Positions 1 to 10,700 of a stretch of DNA of 64,000 bases are shown in pieces. The notes under the pieces are model-generated. The model did not search any database. It was given only the letters and a program-made list of their open reading frames with translations, and had not been told where the DNA came from. The number at the start of each line of letters is the position of its first letter. Position 1 is the stretch's first letter. Origin of the DNA: an uncultured Planctomycetota bacterium (lineage in GTDB: Bacteria; Planctomycetota; Planctomycetia; Isosphaerales; Isosphaeraceae). Location of the stretch: assembly GCA_963823665.1 (NCBI GenBank), contig CAWGMQ010000006.1, positions 672,001 to 736,000 on the forward strand, in the 5' to 3' direction. The translations under genes were made by a program, and so were the position numbers.

Positions 1-2747
1 GCCAGTCGTGGCGACTGGTAATTGGCCGTCAGGAGCACGAAGATGACGAACACGGCGACGGCCAGCCCGATCGAAAGCGCCTTGAACATCTCGAGCATCG
101 GGGGGAGCTGACCCATGGGCTCGACGCGCACGCCGCGCGGCGGCTCGCCGGCGGCATCGATCGCCTTCGCGACTTGATTCGAGGCCCGGCCCATGTCTTC
201 GCCCTCGACGTTGGCTGTGACCGTCAGGTAGCGTTGCGACATGTCACGGTCGAGCTCGCCGGGTCGAGTGCCCCTGCGAACCGTCGCCACGTCGCGGACC
301 AGCAGATTGACCAGGGGGTTGACCGTCGCGATCGGCAATATCTCGACGTCCTCGGGCTTCTCCATCCGCAGCGGAGGCACCTGAATCTGGACCAGGTAGT
401 CGAAGCCGGTCTTGACGTCCACCCAGTAATTCAGCGAATGAAACCGGGTCGAGGCTGTTGCCATGACGAGCGCGTGGGCGACGTCGTCGACCTTGGCGCC
501 GGAGAGCCCCGCTTTCTCGCGGTCGACGACCATCTCGACCGTGGGGTAGTCGAGCGTCTGCTCGAACTGGACGTCGCGGAGATACTTGATGCGCTTCATC
601 GACCTGGCGATCTTCTCGGCGTGCTCGCGCACCAGTTTGAGATCCGTGCCGACCACCCGCACCGCGATGGGCGTCAGCGAGCCGAAGCTCATGACCTTGG
701 TCACGATATCACCCGGCTCGAAACCGAACGTCGCCCGCTCCGCCTCCCGCCGGGCCTCTTCCCTGGATAACCCCCCGCGCTCCAGCCGCGCTTCCAGCCA
801 CGGGATCACCCGCTTGGGAAGCACTTTGCGCAGCCGCTCGCGAAACGCGGCGAGCTTGATTCCGCTGCCATCGCGGAAGGCGACCCGAAGCTGGCCGTCG
901 TCGGGCCCACGCATGAACAGCACCATGTTGTCGATGCCGAAGTTCGGGGCGACCTGGCCGACGTAGCCCATCGTGATGTCGATGTTCTCGGGCTTGGCCT
1001 CGTTCTCAATCTCCTCGAGGCACTTGACGGCGAGCTCCCGCGTCAGCTCGAAATTCGAGCCGGGGGGCGGCCGGAATCGCAGCACGAACTGCCCTGAATC
1101 GATCTGCGGGAACAATTCCCTGCCGACCTGCAAGCCCAGGACACCCAGCACCACCGCGCACCCCAAGAGGTAGCCCGGAACCACCCACCACCGCAGCCGA
1201 ACCAGAGCCCCGACCGCCCTGGAATAGACGGAAAGCATCCGGTCGAAGATCCCCTCTTTTTCGGCGCCGTGTGCGGAATGCTTGAGGAGAGCCACGCAGA
1301 AAACCGGTACGAACGTGCTCGAAAGCAGATAGGCCGAGATCATTGCAAACCCGACCGCGAGCGTCAGCGGCATGAACAGCGACCGCAGGGGGTCGCTCAT
1401 GATGAACGCCGGCACGAATACCGACAGGATGCACAAAAGCGCCAGCAGGATCGGTATCGCCGTGGCGTAGAGTCCGCGCAATACGGCTGTGTTGATCTTG
1501 TCCGTGCCCCGCATCTGCACGTGGATGTTCTCGATCGTGACCGTGGACATGTCGACCAGGATTCCGATCGCCAGCGCCATCCCACCTAACGACATGATGT
1601 TGATCGTGTTGCCCGTCAGCCACAGCCCGAACAACGAACCCAGGAGGGCGAGTGGAATATTCGCCACCACGACGATCACGCTGCGCACATCTTTCAGGAA
1701 CAGAAGAATCATGAGCCCGGTCAGCCCCGCGCCGATCAAGCCTTCCGTGGCCACGCTCTCGACCGCCGCCCTCACCGTGGGCGACTCGTCAAACTCGAAG
1801 TTGACCTTCACATCCTTGGGAACGGCTTCCCGGAAGTCCTTCATGTGCTTGTGCACGTCGTCCACGACCGTCAGCGTCGAGCCGGTGTCCTTCTTGATGA
1901 TCGGCAGATAGACCGATTTCTTGCCGTTGACCAGCGCGTACCCGTACGTGATGTCGGTGTCGTCCTGGAACGTCGCCACGTCGCGGAGATAGACGTTCAG
2001 CCCCACCTTGACCGGGATATCGCCCAGTTTCTGAATGTCGACGACCGTCGCATTGTTCGAGACCAGGGGCATCGAGTCCTTGATATAAACGTTGCCCGCT
2101 GGAATGATCGTGTTTCCTGTCGCCATTGCCTCGATCACCTGCTGCGGCGTGATGTTGTAGGCGAGCAGCTTCTGCGGGTTGACATTGATGATGATCGATC
2201 GCATGTTGGGGCCGAACGGCGAGATGGCCACCGTCCCGGGCACGTACTTCTGGACCAGCGGCCGGATGACGTTCTGCGCATAGTCGCCCATCTGCCCCAG
2301 CGATGTCTCGTCGCTCTCGAAAACGAGGTAGCCGACGGGAACGCTTCCCGAATCCATGCGCATGATCATGGGGGGCAATGTCCCCTTGGGCATCCACGAC
2401 ATGGCCCGGTCCGACATCGCAACGACCTGGGCCATCGCCTGTCCCATGTCGGTGCCCGGGAAGAACGACAGCCGGCACAAGGCGACCTGCTGGATGTTGC
2501 GCGTGTCGATATCCTGAATGCCGTCAACGTACTGAAAGTACAGCTCGAGCTGGTTGACGATGAACCCCTCGACCTGATCGGGGCTCATGCCGATGTAGTC
2601 GAGGAATACATAGATCTTGGGGGTGTTGAGCGCCGGAAAAATGTCAACGCGCATCCGCGTGAAGGCAAGAGCACCGCCGCTGACTAGCGCCACCACGAGC
2701 ATGAGTATCGTGATCGGTCGCCGCATCGCGAAAACGGTCGGATTCAT
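1..2747 (-). CDS. RND efflux transporter permease (AcrB/CusA-like), copy A; 3' end runs off the window
   Basis: Not in the ORF track (no stop in window). ATG at 2747 gives MNPTVFAMRRPITILMLVVAL. The frame is still correct at position 3 (VFVIFVLLTANYQSPRL). TM4 reads GILVDMSTVTIENIH. Colinear paralogue of 7790-11136. Confidence 0.93.
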   Translation of the reverse strand, partial: MNPTVFAMRRPITILMLVVALVSGGALAFTRMRVDIFPALNTPKIYVFLDYIGMSPDQVEGFIVNQLELYFQYVDGIQDIDTRNIQQVALCRLSFFPGTDMGQAMAQVVAMSDRAMSWMPKGTLPPMIMRMDSGSVPVGYLVFESDETSLGQMGDYAQNVIRPLVQKYVPGTVAISPFGPNMRSIIINVNPQKLLAYNITPQQVIEAMATGNTIIPAGNVYIKDSMPLVSNNATVVDIQKLGDIPVKVGLNVYLRDVATFQDDTDITYGYALVNGKKSVYLPIIKKDTGSTLTVVDDVHKHMKDFREAVPKDVKVNFEFDESPTVRAAVESVATEGLIGAGLTGLMILLFLKDVRSVIVVVANIPLALLGSLFGLWLTGNTINIMSLGGMALAIGILVDMSTVTIENIHVQMRGTDKINTAVLRGLYATAIPILLALLCILSVFVPAFIMSDPLRSLFMPLTLAVGFAMISAYLLSSTFVPVFCVALLKHSAHGAEKEGIFDRMLSVYSRAVGALVRLRWWVVPGYLLGCAVVLGVLGLQVGRELFPQIDSGQFVLRFRPPPGSNFELTRELAVKCLEEIENEAKPENIDITMGYVGQVAPNFGIDNMVLFMRGPDDGQLRVAFRDGSGIKLAAFRERLRKVLPKRVIPWLEARLERGGLSREEARREAERATFGFEPGDIVTKVMSFGSLTPIAVRVVGTDLKLVREHAEKIARSMKRIKYLRDVQFEQTLDYPTVEMVVDREKAGLSGAKVDDVAHALVMATASTRFHSLNYWVDVKTGFDYLVQIQVPPLRMEKPEDVEILPIATVNPLVNLLVRDVATVRRGTRPGELDRDMSQRYLTVTANVEGEDMGRASNQVAKAIDAAGEPPRGVRVEPMGQLPPMLEMFKALSIGLAVAVFVIFVLLTANYQSPRL

Positions 2748-2983
2748 GATGGGTACTTCCGATCTATTCCGGCGATCCCGCGGGTGAAGCCGCTTCTAGT
2801 CTCTACGGGTGCAGAACGGGCATGGCGAGATTTCGGCTCTACCTCCTGGGTCCGCAGAATCGCGCAGGAGCTCGATTCTTCCTGAATTACAAATATGCAC
2901 GACCATTATCTATCATAAAAAGGTCCAGGCACAATGATGCATTATAACGCCGATACGATCTTTGGTCCAGCATCAACTCCCAC

Positions 2984-4444
2984 TTAGTTAGCTTGGGGCT
3001 GTGAGCCGGTTTCCGCCCGGGGAGCCGCTGGCTGAGGACTGCCCCCCTGAGGACTCTCCGGCGGATGACTCTCCGGCTGCGCCTCGTCCCGAACTTTGGC
3101 GGCATTCTTCTCGGCGTCCGACGCGGACAGCACCTCGACGGGGCCGCCGTCGGCGAGGACCGACAAGTTGCCCAGGATCACCTCTTCCGCGCCGCTTACC
3201 GGTGTCCACGAATCGCCGCCCTCCAGTGAAGGCCTCTGGAGCCTGGTGATCTCGATGTACTTACCGTCGCTCACGCCCGTTCGAACTTCAGTTCTCTTGG
3301 CCTTGCCGTTCTCATGTTGCCAGCAGTAGGTCTTCTTTCCGCGGTAGGAGAGGGCCTCCAGCGGCAGCGCGCGCACGTTGGGTCGCTCGATGATCACCTT
3401 GGCGTAGACGTACATGCCTGGCAGGAGCTGGCTCTTGGGGTTGGCGAGGTCGATCTCGGCACGGAGCGTGCGGTTCTTGATGTTCAAGGTCCGCGACGTA
3501 TGGGCGACTTTGCCCACAATCGGCTCTTCGCTGTACGCCTCGGGAACGACGGTCGCCTTGGTGCCGGCTTGCACGTAGCTGGCATCCTGCTCGGGGATAT
3601 CGACGGAGATCCGGACGGTGTCGAGGCGGCCGATCACGCAGATCGGCGCGGCCGTTGTCCGATGGGAGACGTGGGGCGAATGCTCCATCGCGGTCGGGTC
3701 ACCGGTTGCGGGCCGGACGAAATCGAACGTGTTGGCGTTGCGGGCCACGACCACGCCGTCGACGGGGGCGCGGAGCTTCAGGCAGCCGACCCAGGCCTCG
3801 GTCCGCTTGGCAACGCTCACGGCGACGGAGAGATCGACTTCGTCGATCTCGACTTCGGGCTTATCTTTCTCCAGGGAAGACTCTCTCCAGAGCGCGACCG
3901 TCGTTGCCCTGGAGACCGTCGCGGCCGCGGCAGCTCGCGCGGCAACGCTCGCCTTCAACTGATTGGTCAACTCGAGCAGGATCTGCGGGTCGACGATGCC
4001 CCGCTCGAGTTCATGCTCGAGCCGTTTGACTTCGGAGTCCCAGCGCTCGACCTCGGCCTCGTACTTGTCGAGGATCGCCCTGGTTTCCTTGACCATTTCG
4101 GGCACATAAAGGATGGCGAGCGTGTCTCCCTTATCCACTCGGTCCCCGATGTCGACGTTCCAATTTTCGATGTAGGCCGCCACCTCGAGAAACACCGATG
4201 ATTGCTCGCGGGTTTCGATAATGCTGGGCTGGCCGACGATCCGCACAATCTTGCGCAGCTCGGGCCTGATGATATGAACCACCGGCGGCTCGGTGACCGT
4301 GTTGTCGATCCCTTTCTCGGCGCGAGCGCAGCCCGGTGCCGCCCCGAAGGCGAGCAGCGCGCAGATCAGCAGTCCCCTGGCGGGCAAACGACTGAAAATC
4401 GCAGACCAGAGGCGCGCCACACATCTGTGATCTCCAATCGCCAT
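2984..4444 (-). CDS. RND membrane fusion protein (periplasmic adaptor), paralogue 3, divergent, with internal deletion
   Basis: Lipobox-like AAPGC; motifs WNVDIGDRV, APVDGVVVARN and RTLRAEIDLANPKSQLLPGMY. Lacks 38 aa present in the other two MFPs. The homologous ATG (4424) is 1 nt out of frame. Confidence 0.85.
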   Translation of the reverse strand: MAIGDHRCVARLWSAIFSRLPARGLLICALLAFGAAPGCARAEKGIDNTVTEPPVVHIIRPELRKIVRIVGQPSIIETREQSSVFLEVAAYIENWNVDIGDRVDKGDTLAILYVPEMVKETRAILDKYEAEVERWDSEVKRLEHELERGIVDPQILLELTNQLKASVAARAAAAATVSRATTVALWRESSLEKDKPEVEIDEVDLSVAVSVAKRTEAWVGCLKLRAPVDGVVVARNANTFDFVRPATGDPTAMEHSPHVSHRTTAAPICVIGRLDTVRISVDIPEQDASYVQAGTKATVVPEAYSEEPIVGKVAHTSRTLNIKNRTLRAEIDLANPKSQLLPGMYVYAKVIIERPNVRALPLEALSYRGKKTYCWQHENGKAKRTEVRTGVSDGKYIEITRLQRPSLEGGDSWTPVSGAEEVILGNLSVLADGGPVEVLSASDAEKNAAKVRDEAQPESHPPESPQGGSPQPAAPRAETGSQPQAN

Positions 4445-4448
4445 CTAA

Positions 4449-6071
4449 CTAACGAATCCCCTCGGCGGGCCCTGCGGAAGCTGGGCTAACCGTGACGACG
4501 TTGGCTGGGGCTTGGGGCGCTGAGCCGGTTTCCGCACGGGAAGGCACCGGCTGGGGACTTCCGGGCTGAGGATTGACCGGCTGAGGAGTTCCCGCCTCGG
4601 GACTATCTGGCTGAGCCGCATCCGGAACTTCCTCGGCGACTCGCTCGGCGTCCGATCCCGGCAGCACCTCGACAGGGTCGCCCTCAGCCAGGAGCGATAG
4701 GTCGCCCAGGATCACCAGCTCCGAACCGCTTACCGGTTCCCAGGAATCGGCGCCCTCCGGTGCCGTGCGTGGCTTGAGGCCCGTGATCTCGATGAACCGC
4801 CCGTCGCTGGCGCCGGTCTCGACCTCGGTTCTGACGGCCTTGCCATTCTCAAGTTGCCAGCAGTAGGCCAACTCACCGCTGTACGAGAGCGCGGCCAGCG
4901 GTAGCGTGCGCATGCTGGGGCGCTCGATGATCACCTTGGCGTAGGCGTACATGCCTGGCAGGAGCTGGCTCTTGGGGTTGGGGAGGTCGATCTCGGCACG
5001 GAGCGTCCGGCTCTTGATGTTCAAGGCCCACGACGTCCGCGTGACGCTCCCCGGGATCGGCTGATCGCCGAACGCCTTGGCAACGATGGTCGCCTTGGTG
5101 CCGACATGAACGTAGTTGGCATCCTGCTCGGGAATATCGACGAAGATTCGCACGATGTCGACGCGTTCGACCACGTAGATCGGCGCGGCGCTTTTCCCGG
5201 GAGAAAGGTGGGGCGAGCGCTCCATCGAGGTCGGGTCGCCCGATGTGGGCAGGACGAAGTCGAATGTGTTGGCGTTGCGGGCCACGATCACGCCGTCGAA
5301 GGGTGCGGGGAGCTTTAAGTAGCTGACGAGCGCGTCGAGCCGCTTGGCTTCGCTCACTGCCACGGAGAGGTCGGCCCGGGCGACCTCGACTTCAACCTTA
5401 TTCTTTTCGAGGGACGACTCTCTGGAGAGCAAGTCTGCCTCAGCCCTGGCGATCGTCGCCGACGCAGCCGACCGCGCAGCGACGCTGGCCTTCCACTGAT
5501 CCGTCGACTCGAAAAGGATCTGCGGGTCGACGATGCCCTTGTCGACTTCATTCTTGAGCCGCTTGACTTCCGCGTCCCAGCGCTCGACCTCGGCTTCGTA
5601 CTTGTTGTAGATCTCCTTGGCTTCCTTGAGGCTGGCTTGAGCGGCTCGCACGTCGGCTCCTGCGACCTTGACGATCTTGATGGTGCGCTCGACTCGCTGC
5701 TCATCCAGCTTGACAGTTGCCTTCTTGGTTTCGAGATCCTCGACCATTTCGGGCGCGAAGAGAGTTGCCAGGATTTGACCCTTCTTCACGCGGTCGCCGA
5801 TATCGACGTTCCATTCTTCGATGTAGCCCGTTACCTTGGGAAACACCGATGATCGCTCGTAGCTTTCGATAAAGCTGGGCTGACCGACAATCCGTACGAT
5901 CTTGCGCAGCTCGGGCCTGATGATGTGAACCGCCGGCGATTCGGCGACCGTGTTGTCGATCTCCTCCTCGTCGTGGCCGCAGCCTGAAGCGGCCACGAAA
6001 AGCACAGCGCAGATCACCATACCCGAGTTGGGGAAACGATTCGAAATCACAGACCAGAGCGCGCGAGTCAT
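4449..6071 (-). CDS. RND membrane fusion protein, paralogue 2 (lipoprotein)
   Basis: AASGC lipobox; WNVDIGDRVKKGQILA, long coiled coil, APFDGVIVARN, LLPGMYA; Pro/Gln-rich tail. Confidence 0.93.
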   Translation of the reverse strand: MTRALWSVISNRFPNSGMVICAVLFVAASGCGHDEEEIDNTVAESPAVHIIRPELRKIVRIVGQPSFIESYERSSVFPKVTGYIEEWNVDIGDRVKKGQILATLFAPEMVEDLETKKATVKLDEQRVERTIKIVKVAGADVRAAQASLKEAKEIYNKYEAEVERWDAEVKRLKNEVDKGIVDPQILFESTDQWKASVAARSAASATIARAEADLLSRESSLEKNKVEVEVARADLSVAVSEAKRLDALVSYLKLPAPFDGVIVARNANTFDFVLPTSGDPTSMERSPHLSPGKSAAPIYVVERVDIVRIFVDIPEQDANYVHVGTKATIVAKAFGDQPIPGSVTRTSWALNIKSRTLRAEIDLPNPKSQLLPGMYAYAKVIIERPSMRTLPLAALSYSGELAYCWQLENGKAVRTEVETGASDGRFIEITGLKPRTAPEGADSWEPVSGSELVILGDLSLLAEGDPVEVLPGSDAERVAEEVPDAAQPDSPEAGTPQPVNPQPGSPQPVPSRAETGSAPQAPANVVTVSPASAGPAEGIR

Positions 6072-6092
6072 CTGGAATCTCCAATGGCTTTT

Positions 6093-7688
6093 TTAGCGAA
6101 CCGCCTTGGCAAGCCCGACAGAAGCCGGGCGACTCGTGGCGACGGTAGTCGGGGTTTCAGACAATGAACCGGAGTGAGCTCGGCGAGCGACCGGCTGGGG
6201 GCTGACCGGCTGAGGACTCTTCGGCAGCGTCTTATCGGGGGCCTCGGTCGCGATTTTCTCGGCGCCCGATGTCGGCAGCACCTCGACGGGGCCGCCGTCG
6301 GCGAGGACCGAGAGGTCGCCCAGGATCACCTCTTCCGAGCCGTTGGCAGGTCCCCAGGGGTCGGTGCCCTCCGGCGCGGGCGCTTGCTGGAGCCCCGTGA
6401 TCTCGATGTACTTGTCGTTGCTCACGCCCGTTTGAACTTCAGTTCTGACGGCCTTGCCGTTCTCATGTTGCCAGCAGTAGGTCTTCTCACCGCTGTAGGA
6501 GAGGGCCGCCAGCGGCAGCGTGCGCACGTTGGGACGCTCGATGATCACCTTGGCGTAGGCGTACATGCCTGGCAGGAGCTGGCTTTTGGGGTTGGTCAGG
6601 TCGATCTCGGCACGGAGCGTCCGGCTCTTGGTGTTCAGGGCCCACGACGTACGGGTGACTTTGCCCGCAATCGGCTGGTCGCGATACGCCTTGGCGACGA
6701 CGGTCGCCTTGGTGCCGACTTGCACGTAGTTGGCATCCTGCTCCGGGATATCGACAAAGATCCGTACGATGTCGAGGCGGTCGACCACGTAGATCGGCGC
6801 GGCGGTTCCGCCGGGAGAGAGGTGGGGCGAGCTCTCCATCGCGGTCGGGTCACCGGATGAGGGTAGGACGAAATCGAACGTGTTGGCGTTGCGGCCGACG
6901 ATCACGCCGTCGAACGGCGCGGGGAGCTTCAGGTAGCCGACCCACGCCTCGAGCCGCTTGGCCTCGCTCACGGCCACGGAGAGGTCGGCCCGGGCGACCT
7001 CGACTTCGACCGTATCTTTCTCGAGGGTGGACTGTTTGGAGAGCAGGTCTGCTTCGGCCTTGGCGATGCTGGCGGACGCGGCCGAGCGGGCCGCGGTGCT
7101 GGCCTTCAACTGGTTAGTCGACTCGAGCAGGATCTGCGGATCGACGATGCCCCGCTCGACTTCATGCTTGAGCCGTTTGACTTCGGAGTCCCAGCGCTCG
7201 ACCTCGGCCTCGAACTTGTCGTAGATCGCTTTGGCTTCCTTGAGGCTGGCCTCGGCGGCGCGCACGTCGGCCTCGGCAACCTTGACGACCTTGATGGCCC
7301 GCTCGACCCGCTGTTCATCCAGCTTGACGGTCGCCCTCTTCGTCCCGAAGTCCTCGACCAGCTCGGGCACGTACAACGTTGCCAGAGTGTCTCCCTTCTT
7401 CACGCGGTCGCCGATGTCGACGTTCCATTTCTCGATGTAGCCCGTCATCTTGGGAAACACCGATGATCGCTCGTAGCTTTCGATAAAGCTGGGCTGGCCG
7501 ACGATGCGCACGATCGTTCGCAGCTCTGGCTTGACCACGTGAACCGCAGGGGGTTTGGTGACAGTGTTGACCGTGCCCTTTTCCTCGTGGCCACAGCCGG
7601 CAGCGGCTCCGGCCGCAAACAGAGCGGTGATCATCAGCACCGAGGCGGGAAGCCGATCGGAAGTCGCAGACCAGAGCGTGCCAGGCAT
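6093..7688 (-). CDS. RND membrane fusion protein, paralogue 1 (lipoprotein)
   Basis: Same MFP motifs. Start placed at ATG 7688 (MPGTLWS) because GGAGATCACTG-ATG matches the start context of paralogue 2; the ORF is open to 7793. Confidence 0.93.
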   Translation of the reverse strand: MPGTLWSATSDRLPASVLMITALFAAGAAAGCGHEEKGTVNTVTKPPAVHVVKPELRTIVRIVGQPSFIESYERSSVFPKMTGYIEKWNVDIGDRVKKGDTLATLYVPELVEDFGTKRATVKLDEQRVERAIKVVKVAEADVRAAEASLKEAKAIYDKFEAEVERWDSEVKRLKHEVERGIVDPQILLESTNQLKASTAARSAASASIAKAEADLLSKQSTLEKDTVEVEVARADLSVAVSEAKRLEAWVGYLKLPAPFDGVIVGRNANTFDFVLPSSGDPTAMESSPHLSPGGTAAPIYVVDRLDIVRIFVDIPEQDANYVQVGTKATVVAKAYRDQPIAGKVTRTSWALNTKSRTLRAEIDLTNPKSQLLPGMYAYAKVIIERPNVRTLPLAALSYSGEKTYCWQHENGKAVRTEVQTGVSNDKYIEITGLQQAPAPEGTDPWGPANGSEEVILGDLSVLADGGPVEVLPTSGAEKIATEAPDKTLPKSPQPVSPQPVARRAHSGSLSETPTTVATSRPASVGLAKAVR

Positions 7689-7789
7689 CAGTGATCTCCA
7701 GGATATGGGGCGGCGTGCCAAAGCGGCCGCCCCTTGGGTTTTTCCGAGTTCAACGTGCATCAATGCTCTCCAAGTAAGAAGGTAGTGAC

Positions 7790-10700
7790 TCATTCAGATT
7801 CTCCGGAGGATTGGAGCTCCTCCTCGATCGCGTCGGCAGACGACGCCGGAAGTTCGCTCTCATCGGGGGCATGGCTCTGCGCGGCTGCTGGGGTCGCGAA
7901 GACCAGCGGGTCGTAGAGGCGGCTCTCGGGGTCGTCGGGGTAGATCGACGGCGAGTGTGCGACTTTCGACCCGACGATGACGGCGAAAATCGAGGGGACG
8001 ACCAGCAAGGTGGCGAATGTCGACATCACCAGGCCGCCGATGACCGCCAGGCCCAGCGGGGCCTGCATCTGGCTTCCTTTCTCGAGTGCCAGCGCCATGG
8101 GCACCATGCCTACTGTCATGGCGCAGGCCGTCATCAAGATGGGTCGCAGCCGCTCGCTTGCACCGAGGATCGCCGCCTGTATCGAGGTGGCTCCCCGTTT
8201 CCAGTGCTCGTCGATGAACGTCACGAGCATGACCGAGTTCGACACCGAGACGCCCAGGCACATGATCGAGCCCATGAACGACTCGATGTTGAGCGATGTG
8301 TTGCTGAAGTAGAGAATCACCGCGATGCCGGCGAGCACTCCCGGCACGGCGCCGACGGAAATCAGGGCCAGCCGCGGCGATTGGAAATAGGCGGTGAGTA
8401 GCACGAAGATCACGAACACGGCGACCGCCAGTCCGATCGAGAGCGCTTTGAACATCTCGATCATGGGGGGAAGCTGACCCATCTTCTCGACGCGTACGCC
8501 GCGCGGCGGCTCGCCGGCGGCATCGATGGCCTTCGCCACTTGATTCGAGGCCCGGCCCATGTCCTCCCCCTCGACATTGGCCGTGAGCGTCAAGTAGCGC
8601 TGCGACATATCGCGATCCAGCTCGCCGGGTCGCACTCCCGTTCGCACGGTTGCCACGTCGCGGAGCATCAGGTTGACCTCGGGGTTGACCGACTGGAGCG
8701 GGAGGGTTTCGAGGTCTTCAGGCTTTTCCATGCGCAGGGGGGGAACCTGAAGCTGCACCAGGTAGTCGAACCCCGTCTTGACGTCGACCCAGTAATTCAG
8801 CGAATGGAACCGGGTTGACGCCGTGGACAGCACGAGTGCGTGGGCCACGTCTTCGACCCGCGCCCGGAGAGGCCCGCTTTCTCGCGGTCGATATCGATCT
8901 CCACGCTGGGATAGTCGAGCATCTGTTCGAATCCCACGTCCCGCAGCGAGGGAATCCGCTTCATCTCGGCCCGGATTTTCTCGGCATGCTGGCGCACCAG
9001 CTTGAGATCGGTGCCGACCACGCGCACGGCGATCGGGGTCATCGAGCCGAAGCTCATCACCGCCGAGACGATGTCGCCGGGCTCGAATCCGAAGGTGGCC
9101 TGCTGTGCTTGCTGCAAAGCCACTTCGCGGGACAAGCCTCCTTGTTCAATCCGGTCTGCCAGCCAGGGGATCACGCGTTTCGGAAGGACCTCTCGCAGCG
9201 TTTCGCGAAAACCCGCGAGTTTGATCTTGGCATCTTCGGTGAAGGCCACGCGAAGCTGGCCGTCGTCGGGCCCGCGCATGAAGAGCACCATGTTGTCAAT
9301 GCCGAAGTTGGGGGCAACCTGCCCCACGAAGCCCATGGTGATATCGATGTTCTCGGCCTTTGCCTCAGTCTCGATCACTTCGAGGCACTTCACCGCCATC
9401 TGGCGGGTCAACTCGAAATTCGAGCCCGGCGGCGGCCGGAACCGCAGCACGAACTGGCCCGAATCGATCTGCGGGAACAATTCCCTGCCGACTTGCATCC
9501 CGAGCAGGCCCAGGAGTAGCCCGCAACCGACTATGTAGCCCGGCACCACCACCCAGCGCAAGTGCACGAACCAGTGCACCACGCCGCCGTAAACCTTGAG
9601 CATCCGGTCGAAGAGCCCCTGCTTCTGCTGACCTTCCGCACCATGGCCGCCGTGCCCATGCCCACTATGCTTGAGCAGACTCACGCAGAGGACCGGCACG
9701 AACGTACTCGACAGCAGATAGGAAGAGATCATGGCAAAGCCCACCCCCAGGGTCAGCGGCATGAACAGCGAACGCAAAGGGTCGGCCATGATGAACGCGG
9801 GGATGAACACCGAGAGAATACAGAGCAACGCGAGCAACCGAGGCACCGCCGTCGCATTGCTCGCGTGCAGCACGGCGGAAGCGATGTTATTGGTGCGGCC
9901 CATCTGAACGTGCACGTTCTCGATGGTAACCGTCGCCTCGTCGACCAGAATGCCGATTGCCAGGGCCATGCCGCCTAAGGACATGATGTTGATCGTGTTG
10001 CCGGTCACCCACAGCCCGAACAGTGATCCGAGAAGGGCAAGCGGAATGTTGGAAACAACCACGATCACGCTGCGCACGTCACCCAGGAACAAAAGAATCA
10101 TGAGCCCCGTCAGTGCGGCGCCGATCAAGCCTTCCGTGGCCACGCTCTCGACCGCCGCCCTCACCGTGGGCGACTCGTCGAACTCGAAGTTGACCTTCAC
10201 ATCCTTGGGAACGGCTTCCCGGAATTCCTTCATGTGCTTGTGCACGTCATCCACGACCGTCAGTGTCGAGCCGGTGTCCTTCTTGATGATGGGCAGATAG
10301 ACCGATTTCTTGCCGTTGACCAGCGCATATCCGTAGGTGATATCGGTATCGTCCGAAATGGTGGCCACGTCTCGCAGATAGACGTTTTTTCCCAGCTTGA
10401 GTGGTATGTTGCCCAGTAGCTGAGGGTCCACCACGGTCGCATTGTTGGCGACGAGCGGCATCGAGTCCTTGACGTAGATGTTTCCGGCCGGAATGATCGT
10501 GTTTCCTGTCGCCACCGCTTCGATCACCTGCTGCGGCGTGATGTTGTAGTCGAGCAGCTTCTGGGGGTTGACATTGATGACGATCGACCGCATGTTCGGG
10601 CCGAACGGCGAGATGGCCACCGTCCCGGGCACGTACTTCTGGACCAGCGGCCGGATCACGTTCTGCGCATAGTCGCCCATCTGACCCAGCGATGTCTCGT

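Noticed and set aside
174..2687. Plus-strand ORFs over RND copy A
   Set aside because: Antisense shadows of the minus-strand RND gene.
2928..2955. sigma54 promoter upstream of RND copy A
   Set aside because: The spacing is GG-N9-GC, not N10.
2984..7688. DGR-like template/variable repeats among the MFP copies
   Set aside because: Differences are not adenine-specific and there is no reverse transcriptase in the window.
8850..8880. Programmed frameshift in RND copy B (and in the kinase at 51491)
   Set aside because: No slippery heptamer is present, the paralogue is continuous, and similar indels are scattered across unrelated genes.
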